Positions 54,401-64,000 of a stretch of 64,000 nt of DNA are shown here, piece after piece (the stretch's first letter is position 1; every line of letters begins with the position of its first letter). The notes under the pieces were generated by a model. The model was given only the letters and a program-made list of their open reading frames with translations. It searched no databases and had not been told where the DNA came from. The position numbers were made by a program, and so were the translations under genes. Source of the stretch: Piromyces finnis finn (Eukaryota; Fungi; Neocallimastigomycota); the NCBI GenBank assembly GCA_002104945.1, contig MCFH01000024.1, forward strand, positions 620,001-684,000. The letters are read 5' to 3'.

Positions 54401-57400
54401 ACCTTCTTCATCTGCCGCAGTTCCTCCTCCTCCTCCACCACCAGCTTCTAGCATTCCACCTAATGGTGCAGTTCCACCTCCACCACCACCTCCGCCTGCT
54501 TCTATTACACCACCTAATGGTTCAGCTCCACCACCTCCACCACCTCCACCAGCTCCTGGAATGGCACCTCCAGTTGCTAATTCACCAACCAAACCTACTA
54601 TTAGCACCAATCCATTGAATAACAATTCCAAACCAAAACTATCAGCAGGCATTAATCATAATGATTTATTAAAAGCAATTGCATTACGTGGTGCTATGAT
54701 GAACAATGATATGTCTGATTCCGAATCAGATACTGATGCTTCATCTGTTTATTCTGATGTAGCACCTTCTGCTCCTGTTAAAAAACTTCCAACTCCAACT
54801 TCTGCTAAGTCAAACACTAGCGCTTCATTCAATCAACCAGCTGCCGCCGAAGCTCAAAAACCTAAGATTGATATGTCTTCTCGTATTAAAAAATTAGAAG
54901 GTTTATTCAAATATGGTAGTAATGGTTCTGTAAATGAAGAAGAAGAAAAAGAAGATACAACTCAACAAGATGTATCTCGCTCAGTTGCTGAACCTGCTAT
55001 CCAAGCACCACCTCCACCACCTCCAGCTCCTGTTGAACAATTACAAATGAATCAAGTTCAAGCTGTCGAAGCTCAAGGTAACGTAAAATAAATAGTATAA
55101 ATATTAATTTTTATTATAATATTAAAATAATAATAAATTTATTAATGATATGTATGTTTTATCAGATGTTCCTCAATTAAGTCCAGAATCCCAACAATCA
55201 GAATCAAATACTAAGGAAAATGAAGACTTTGCTAATGAAGAAATGTTAGAAGAATCTGATGATGAGTCCTTTGCTTCAGACGATTATGTATATGATGATG
55301 AATTCTATATTCTTTATTATGTTAAAGCTTTGTATGACTTCAATTCTGAAAATCCAAATGATTTACCATTCCAAAAATCTGCAATTATTGCAGTTTATCA
55401 AGAAAAAGATGAATGGCTCTCTGGTAATCATAACGGTCGTATCGGTTGGTTCCCAAAGAATTATGTTCAAGTTATTAAGAATGAGGAAGATGAAGAAGAA
55501 GAAGAACAATCAAATAATAATAACTACTCATCTTCATCTCTTAATCAATCTCAACCACAACAAGGATTATACCAATCCTCCTATTATCCAGAAACAACAT
55601 CTACAAATCTTACTGCTATGGGTTACATGAGTAAAAATAGTACAAATGCTTCATATAGTGTAAGCGTAAGTATTATGCTAAGAAAATTATTTTATTATAT
55701 AAATTGTTATCACACGTTTTTTTTTTTTTTTTCATTCATATAAGTTAATAATATTAATTTTATAATAAATAAAAATAATAGAAAACTTCATGGGCAGCCA
55801 CAGTTGATCCATCCATATTAAATAGTATTGATGAGCAAGAAAGAATGAGACAAGAAGTTATTTATGAATTAATCAAGACAGAACAATCTTATGTTAGAGA
55901 TTTACAAGTTATTGTTAATGTAAGTTACTAATTATTAGTTTTACTTTAAATAAAAATAAATGGAATATGTTATAGTATATGCAATTCTTTTTTTTTTTTT
56001 TTAAAAAAAAGAAAAAAGTTATTAGTTAATTAATTGATTAATTAATTAATAATAATAATAATATATATATATATATATATATATAAATTAGGAATTCCTT
56101 ATACCAATGCAAAATAAAAGAATATTAAGTGATAGTGATATTAAGATGATTTTCTTAAATATTGAAGAGATTCTTCTTTGTAATGTTACTTTATTAAGTA
56201 GCATGGAGAGTGCACAAGTTAATAATTATGTAGAAACAATTGGTTATATCTTTAAAGATCAAGTAATTATTGTTTATTATTATTTTATAATATATAGGTT
56301 CAAAGATTCTTTATCAAAGCAAAGTATTTATTGCTAAAAAAATGTTTTTTATCATTTTTTATTATAGTCATTTGAATGTTATACCTATTTCTGTAGTAGT
56401 CTTACTGTTTCCATAAAGTATTTACAATCATTACGTGAAGAAAAGAAAGCTCTTAAAAACTTCTTAAAGGTATAAACAATTTAATCTCCCAAAATGGAAA
56501 TAAATAATAAGTTATTTTTTATATATAATATGATATTGATTTTTTTTTTTTTAAAAAAAAAAATATTATAAACATTATAAATATTAAAGGACCAAATGGC
56601 AAATCCAGAATGTAAGCAATTAGATTTATCAAGTTTCCTTCTTGAACCAATGCAAAGAATTACTCGTTATTCTTTACTTTTAAAACAAGTAATTATATAA
56701 TTAAATATGGATAAAGCTACTATTATTAAAATTAAATATTAAATTAATAAACCCAAAATACCCCGCTATATATTTACTTTTATTATTAATACTATTATCC
56801 ATAATAGATTCTTCATTATACAGGTACTAATCATAAAGATCATGATGATGTTTTACATTCTTTACGTTCCATTGAAGAGAGAGTTGAAAAAATTAATGAA
56901 ACCACTCGTGAATTTGAAAATCAAGAAAAGATCAATACTATTATTAAGCTTGTTGATTTCCATAACACAGTAAATGAAAATATATATATATATATATATT
57001 ATTCTTTTTTAAATATTTATAATATAATGATTAAAGAATAAAAAAAAAAAAAAAAAAATTAGATTATTAATTTTTATTTTAATATAACTCCTATATAGAA
57101 ATTAGATTTATATGCTCCATCAAGATTTGTTAAATCAAGAAAGTTTATTTTAGAAGGACCATTAGCTAAAGCAAAAAGTGGACGTAAACTATATGTTTAT
57201 TTGTTTAATGATCTTATCCTCTTCACTCAATTAAAGAGTAATAGTGCAAGAACAATGACTAAAGGAACAAAATATTGGGTATATAGAAAGGTAAGACCAA
57301 ATTATCAGTATAAATTAAAAATATTTTAAAAAAATTTTTTTTTTCTTTAGTAATATACAATACCATATAATTACTCTATTTATACCTATTGGATATATAA

Positions 57401-58544
57401 TAATTAACTTATGTTTAATATTTTAATAAATTATTTTATAATGTAGCCTTTATTTATCAATGAAATTTCATTACAAGCTAACCCAATGGGAAAAAATAAA
57501 ATGAAAGGTGGGATATTATAATAATTATTTAAGTTTAATTTATTCTTATATTTATCTACTTGATTTAGCTCATTTAAATATATACATTCAAAATTTTTAC
57601 CTATTTTAATTCAATAATAACAGAAACTTGCTTCCAAATTTTCCATACTAATGGCGTTGTTACTTTAAAAGCACCAAATTCATCTGATAAGAGTAGATGG
57701 ATTGATGCCTTAAAAAGAGTATTGAATGAATACAAAGACACAGATAAAGAAAAGAAGACTCGTGCTACTAATCCAAGTAATATTTTCTAAAAATATTTCT
57801 ATTATTTATAAATTATTCATTAGGGTTAAATAAAATAAAAGAAAAAAAGATGTTAATAGCTATATATACAAATATATATTTTATAAATAGAAAACTTTAA
57901 GAGTAAATTTATTGGTACACTTCAAGTTTCCCTTGATGGTAAAGATATTTATGTTCAAGAAAATGATATTAATCTTTTCTGTAATGTTAACCTTAATAGA
58001 CAAAATAATAGAACAGAATATAGTCATAATGTTCCAAATCCATCTTGGAAACAAGTAAGCAATAATTTATATTATTATTATCTATTTTTTAAATTATTTA
58101 AATTAGATTAAAATATATATATTCATTAAATAAAAATAACCAATTCTTTCGAAAAAAAAAAAAATAAAATAAAAAAAATAACATCAATCAAAAAATTAAA
58201 AAATATAAATTTTATTATAGCCAATGATTTTCGAGGTTCAAAATATGCAAGATATTTTAAAGATTACATTAATAAATTATGATTACAGTACAAATCAAGA
58301 ATGTAAGAAAATGTTAAAATATTATTATGAATATTAATAATCCTTTTTTTTTTAAACAAATTCTAAATCTTTCTTTTAATTTTTATTATTAATAATTCTC
58401 TAACATAAAGTGGCTATGGGTGAAACTAGTTTCCAATTAGCTTTGTTAGAGCACTTGAATTCTTCTGAACACATTTTCTTACCATTAGAAAATACCATAT
58501 CTGGCGGTGAAATTGTAGCAAAAATGAGTTACAAATCTTTTTAA
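51446..58544 (+). CDS. Intersectin-like endocytic scaffold (EH-EH-coiled coil-Pro-rich/WH2-like-SH3-DH RhoGEF-PH-C2)
   Basis: EH: WTLSNEEKMKYFEIFRQYD...IYDLVDQRRSGSLSKIEFAVGMLLI. SH3: VKALYDF...EWLSG...GWFPKNYV. DH: RQEVIYELIKTEQSYVRDL...LSSFLLEPMQRITRYSLLLKQ. PH: EGPLAKAKSGRKLYVYLFNDLIL...WIDAL. C-terminal C2-like exons (PNPSWKQ...YDYS) end at TAA 58542-58544. Confidence 0.9.
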
Positions 58545-58804
58545 AGATAATTTATTAAATTAATATTTCAAGAAAGGAAATAAAAACCAAATAAAGAATA
58601 ATTATAATAGTATATTAAATCTATAAAATAAAGTATACAAAAAAAAAAAAAAAATTAACTAAAAAATAAAAATAAAAAATAAATAATATAAAAAGAGCTA
58701 TATATAAATAATATATATAATATGTATATATATAGTTAAAAAGATAGTTTAAATAACTAATTTTTTTTTCTAAAAAAAAAAAAGGTAAAATAAAACGTTA
58801 ATTG

Positions 58805-58836
<32 letters not shown>

Positions 58837-59479
58837 GGTAAAATAAGTATAATATATATAAGAATATTAATAAAGTAATAAAAGATTAAAATATAAAAAA
58901 GAAAAAGAGACTTTTATTTTTTTAATATATAATTAATTAAAAAAGACACTATCACTATAATTTTTTTTTTCTTTTTATAGAAATTTTTAATCAACTTAAA
59001 ATATTACAATAAATGAAAATGTTTCATCTTTAATTGTTATGACGGGGTACTTTTTCAAAAAAAAAAAAAAACTTTTTGAAACAAATTTGGTATTTTTTTT
59101 TTCTTAATTTTTTTTTTTTTATTTTTTATTTGGATTTTGATAATTATTGATAAATAAATTATAAGATAAATTCATAATTATATTAATAATAAAATTTTTA
59201 TAAAAATATTTCCTTTATAAAAATCTCATTTTTTAATTTATGTACAATTTTTTTTTCTTCATATTATTAAAAATGTATTATCAACTTTATTTATGACACT
59301 TTTTTTTTTCTTTTTTTAAAAAGAAAACATAAATAAATATAAGAAAAAAAAAAAAGGATTTTACTTTTTTTTTTAACTTATTTAACATAATTATATTTAG
59401 AAAAAAAAAATAAAATATTAATAACAAAAATTGGAACAAATACCATTATTATGTTTATCTGACATATTTGTTAAGTTTC

Positions 59480-61672
59480 TTATTTGTGCCAGAAACTGTT
59501 AACAAAAGCAATTCTAGATTCGAACCAATCAGCAAGATAATTAGCAGCTTCCTTTTGAGTTTTACATTGCTTAGCACCTGGAGAAAGTTCAGAAACAAAG
59601 GATTGATTTTGAATAATATTATTCCATTTAGCGTAATTACGATCAAATGCAGCAGAGGCAACTTGAGTTTGAGTATGAATCATATCAACAATTTTGTTAA
59701 GAACACCACTATCATAAGCCTTTGTCCATCTGCTTCTAATAAGTTCTTGGTACCAATCTTCATACATAATTACAGCTAACCATGGGTTAATCTTTTGACC
59801 TCCCATATTACCATTATCTGGAATAATATTAGCTGCAAAATGACCTTGACCATTAGCACAACGATCCTTGTTACCAAGACCAGAATCGAAATCCCATGGA
59901 GCTTCGAATCTAAGTTTCTTTGAACCATTTGGACCAAAGTCAACATCTAAGTAGAAACTTGAGTAATAAAGATCAGCATCACAAGTCATTTCACTAATAA
60001 TAAATAAATCAGCTAATGATTCTGGTTCTAAAACGTTTTCAATAGCTTGTCTTGGAGTTAATTCTGGAGCATCAACAACATCAGAGTAGTTATTGTTGAA
60101 CTTTAAGGTCTTTTGATTGTAAGAAGCTTCATACATAATTTTGTAAGCATTGTTAACAAAATTGGAAATGAAGTCGTTTTGAGCTTGACTGTAAATATCG
60201 TTCTTAATATTCATATTTACACCATTACCTCCCATATTAAATTGTCTCTTTTGCATATTATTACCCCAGTTGAAACCTCCCCAGTTGTTTTGTTGGTTAT
60301 TATTTTGTCCATTATTTGGTTGTTGTTGATTACCAAATCCTGGGAAATTCCATCCACCTTGATTTTGATTACCTTGGTTAGCTTGACCATTTGGTTGTTG
60401 GTTTTGTTGTTGGTTTTGTTGTTGGTTTTGTTGTTGGTTTTGTTGTTGGTTTTGTTGTTGGTTACCCATTCCTGGGAAATTCCATCCACCTTGATTTTGA
60501 TTACCTTGGTTAGCTGGATCATTTGGTTGTTGATTTGGTTGTTGATTTGGTTGTTGGTTACCCATTCCTGGGAAATTCCATCCACCTTGGTTGTTTCCAG
60601 TATTACCACCGAAATTCCAGTTACCACCACCAAAACCGCCGAAACCGCCGAAACCACCAGATGGTTCAACAGTCTTTCCGCTTCCACCATTTCCATCGAA
60701 TGGCTTAAGTGGTGCATTGTTGTTGAAATCAACCTTAAAGGCTTGAATTGGATCTTCATACATAGAATAACCAGTATCATATTCAAGTAAATAACCAATA
60801 TCAGTACCAGTGTAGTTTTCTTCACCCTTAGTAATTTTAACTCTGTGTTCATTAATTTGTTGTTGTTCAGCTAAAAGATAAACACCAAAGTATTCGTTAT
60901 TAATTTGTAATTCAACTAATGTACCATCTGATGAATAGTAACCATCTGGATTAAGTAAACCACGGGAGAGATCGAATGATGATTTGTTTCTAAGCATAGA
61001 TCCATCCTTGTATTCAGCTAAAAGAACCCAGTTCTTAAACTTATGACCTTCATTAAGACCAAGCATACTTTGAGATTCGTCAAAGCTAATACGGAGACCT
61101 TTTTTAACGTAATTTGAAGTCCAGTTACCACGAACTTTAACCTTACCACTAGCGGCATTAACAACCTTAGTACCATCAGTATCTTCTACTGTAATAGTAC
61201 AATCTTCATAAAATGGTTCTGGTGGCATTTCTCTTCCCATATATGCTTGTTGAGCAATATGTTTTTCAACTGGTTTAGTTGCGAAATCAGAATTTCCACT
61301 GCTACTGATAAATGTTATAACTGGGATAACTCTTTGTCCATTTATAGCACTACCTTGTGGAACCTGGTTTCCTTGATTAGAATTGTTGCATGAACTTTTA
61401 ATTAAACACCAATCATTGTTTTCAACACCCCAATTACCTTCAGCATCTGTATAATAGACCTTACATCCATTACACCATGGATATTGAGTTGGATTAACAG
61501 CATTGTCAAAGTTGCATTTATTAATTATGCACCAATTGTTGTTTTCAACACCCCATTTACCTTCGGCATCTGTATAGACTACATCACATCCATTACAACA
61601 TTCATAATTTGGATGACATTGAGAAGCAAAGACACCAACAGATAATAAAGAAGCAAATACTAAATATTTCAT
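59480..61672 (-). CDS. Secreted CotH-family protein kinase with two N-terminal fungal dockerins (CBM10-like NCDD), intronless
   Basis: Signal peptide; dockerins CCNGCDVVYTDAEGKWGVENNNWC and WCNGCKVYYTDAEGNWGVENNDWC. CotH motifs KVRGNWTS..KKG.RI, WVLLAEY.D.S.LRN, YFGVYLLAEQ, GYLLEYD, CDAD...SSFY and APWDFDSGLGN. Confidence 0.93.
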   Translation of the reverse strand: MKYLVFASLLSVGVFASQCHPNYECCNGCDVVYTDAEGKWGVENNNWCIINKCNFDNAVNPTQYPWCNGCKVYYTDAEGNWGVENNDWCLIKSSCNNSNQGNQVPQGSAINGQRVIPVITFISSSGNSDFATKPVEKHIAQQAYMGREMPPEPFYEDCTITVEDTDGTKVVNAASGKVKVRGNWTSNYVKKGLRISFDESQSMLGLNEGHKFKNWVLLAEYKDGSMLRNKSSFDLSRGLLNPDGYYSSDGTLVELQINNEYFGVYLLAEQQQINEHRVKITKGEENYTGTDIGYLLEYDTGYSMYEDPIQAFKVDFNNNAPLKPFDGNGGSGKTVEPSGGFGGFGGFGGGNWNFGGNTGNNQGGWNFPGMGNQQPNQQPNQQPNDPANQGNQNQGGWNFPGMGNQQQNQQQNQQQNQQQNQQQNQQPNGQANQGNQNQGGWNFPGFGNQQQPNNGQNNNQQNNWGGFNWGNNMQKRQFNMGGNGVNMNIKNDIYSQAQNDFISNFVNNAYKIMYEASYNQKTLKFNNNYSDVVDAPELTPRQAIENVLEPESLADLFIISEMTCDADLYYSSFYLDVDFGPNGSKKLRFEAPWDFDSGLGNKDRCANGQGHFAANIIPDNGNMGGQKINPWLAVIMYEDWYQELIRSRWTKAYDSGVLNKIVDMIHTQTQVASAAFDRNYAKWNNIIQNQSFVSELSPGAKQCKTQKEAANYLADWFESRIAFVNSFWHK
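60210..60660 (-). repeat. Coding repeat insertion in CotH: 3x GGWNFPG(M/F)GNQQ units and 12-bp QQQN/QQPN repeats
   Basis: tgggaaattccatccaccttg occurs three times (~60341, ~60474, ~60570), with tggttttgttgt repeats between copies. Confidence 0.9.
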
Positions 61673-64000
61673 TTTTAATATTATAATATATTTCCAATAA
61701 TATTAATACTTTCTTCAATATTTATTTTAAAATATAATATTGTTTTTATTATTACAAATATTTTTAAACAATTATTCTTATTAACGTTAATTAAATATTT
61801 AATAATAATTTTAAAAATTAAAATCAATAAATATCTTTATTTTGTGTTTACTATTTTACAAAAATATTATTTTTTTAATATATTTACATATATTTATTTA
61901 TTTTGAAAAAAAAAATAGATTTAATCAATAAATACTCTTTTTTTTTTCTTAAAATATTATTGTTTCTTTTTTTACATATAATTATAAACTATCTTATAAT
62001 TATTTATTATATTTAACTCTGAAGAAAGTTATTAAACAAATTATTTGGAAAAAATTACGTTTTATATATAATTTTAATTTTATATATATATATATATTTT
62101 ATTTTTATTTTATTATTTTTCTTATTATTATTATTATTATTATTATTTATATTATTACATGAAACAAACGGACTGCATTAATTATATTGTGTTTATATTA
62201 TATTATATATAATATAAATAATAAGATTTTTAAGATTAATATATTTTATATTGAATTAATATTAATATATTTTGTAATAAAAAAAAATAAAGAAAAAAAA
62301 AATTTATTAACTTTAAATTATATTAATTTATAATCTATATATATATAAAAAATATAAAACGTTAAAATAAACTTTATTTATTATAAAATTCATTAATATC
62401 ATAAAATTATGATTCTCATATAAATTTATTCATAATATCAAACAATTTAAGTAATTTATAAATAATAGTAATATCATAATTAAATTTACAAATTAAAAGA
62501 AATGAAAAGTATAATAGGCGAATCTGCCAATTTTTTATATATATATTAATGCATATATATTTGATATATATTATATTTCTTAAATATATAGCAAATATTA
62601 AATTAAATAATCTATAATAATTTATTATAGATTACATAAAAAGGAAAACTTTAAGAAGTATTTTAAATATTTTAAATTATAAATAATAATAGGTATAATT
62701 ATTAATAGATTATATACATATTTACTTTATTCCATATATTTTTTTTATAAAAACTCTTTGTTTATTAGAACTTATTTTATAAGTAATAAAAACGGGAGAT
62801 TAAAGATTAAAAAAAAATTAAATAATGAAATTATTATTTATATAAATATGTTCCTTTAATTAAATTTTGGTGATTTTTTTTGTATTGTATAAATAATATA
62901 AATATCTTATAATTGAAAAAAAAAATATCCAAAAAAATTTTAATTATTTTTAAAATGGTTAAAAAATTTTAATATGAATTTTATTCTATAATATAAAAAT
63001 CATAAATGTTTGTGGCTCAATACTAACAAATGCTTATATAAATGAAATTTAAATCATTAATCTAAATTTAATTTATTTTTTTTGGTTATTAATTTATTTT
63101 CTAAGAAAAAATAAAATCTCTATTATATTAAACATTCCTTTTTTTTAAAGTAAAAATCTATGTATTAATATTATGTTTAATATTTTTAATCTATAATAAA
63201 TTAATATATAATTAATAGATTATATCTTATTAAATAATGATTTTTATATTTAATATTTAATTAAATTTACATGTCATTAAATTAAAAAAAAAAACTATTT
63301 TTAAGCATTTTCATTATATAAATATTATATAAATGAGAAAAACAATATTTATTACTATCATAATGAGTCATTTTAATATCATAATTTTATTAGAACATTC
63401 ATAATATTATCATAATTTATAATAATATCCAAAGTAAATTAACTATAATAAAATAGAAAGAAATTGATTATTTCAGTAGTAATTTCAAATAGTTTCCAAT
63501 AATACATAAAATTAAAATCTATAATAAAATAATAGGAATGTCATTTTAATTTTTATATACAATTTATGGTAATCTTTAAATCTTATTTTCTATTTTATAT
63601 GCTAGATTTTAATTAATTTTGGATATATCACAAAGTTCAAAAAGTAGCCAAAATTAAATTAAAATTGTATGATAAAAATGTTTTCTAACTAAGCATGGTT
63701 TTAATATATAAAAGTTATAATTGCAGATCAAATGATTAATATTATATTATTGTTATTATCAAATTAATTTATCTTATGTTTTTTTTTTACAAGGTTACCA
63801 TTTTTGAAAAAGAAATGTTACATTAAAAGAATTATATAAATTAAATTTAATTTATTTTTAATTACAATAAAGAATGCCATATATTTAAATATAATCTAGA
63901 TTAAATATAATATATTTTGTAATTAAATTGTATATTTAACAAATAATAAAAATATGTATTCTAAGCATAAATTAATATAAAAAATTATATCAGATGAAAT

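Noticed and set aside
52796-54652. Minus-strand ORFs rich in FIP/LLL or poly-Gly
   Set aside because: Antisense of the Met/Asn repeat and polyproline tracts of the intersectin.
60113-60852. Long overlapping ORFs and regularly spaced repeats resembling a CRISPR array
   Set aside because: The repeats are in-frame coding units inside CotH, the spacers are themselves repetitive, there are no cas genes and the context is eukaryotic.

Overview
Extremely AT-rich, intron-rich eukaryotic DNA with GT-AG introns and (AAT)n/(TTTA)n microsatellites. It is almost certainly from an anaerobic gut fungus (Neocallimastigomycota), given the fungal dockerin-CotH protein, GH9, GH3 and an intronless bacterial-type gene. 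By manual splicing I reconstruct 15 protein-coding genes, in order: a partial hypothetical protein; a mucin-like type I membrane protein; a DHA2 MFS transporter; a TLC/Lag1-family protein; a large orphan coiled-coil protein; YIPF6/Yip4; syntaxin-18/Ufe1; a GH9 endoglucanase; SWC4/DMAP1 with a ~1000-aa N-terminal extension; an F-box/WD40/UIM protein; a CMD-cupin fusion; a GH3 beta-glucosidase; SRP9 (absent from the ORF track); an intersectin-like protein; and a double-dockerin CotH kinase. No rRNA, tRNA, CRISPR array or recognisable transposon was seen. Most notable observations: (1) the CotH kinase domain is interrupted by a ~150-aa Q/N/G repeat with GGWNFPG units that ends in a kexin-type KR|Q site; (2) the dockerin-less GH3 and GH9 carry acidic tails, and the GH3 tail ends in a basic Cys motif (KKVRKCIVKKN); (3) the ceramide-synthase-like protein has HD instead of the catalytic HH; (4) the probably horizontally acquired CMD-cupin gene has a decayed copy of its own 3' end directly downstream. 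All family calls come from motif recognition by eye; no database searches were run.
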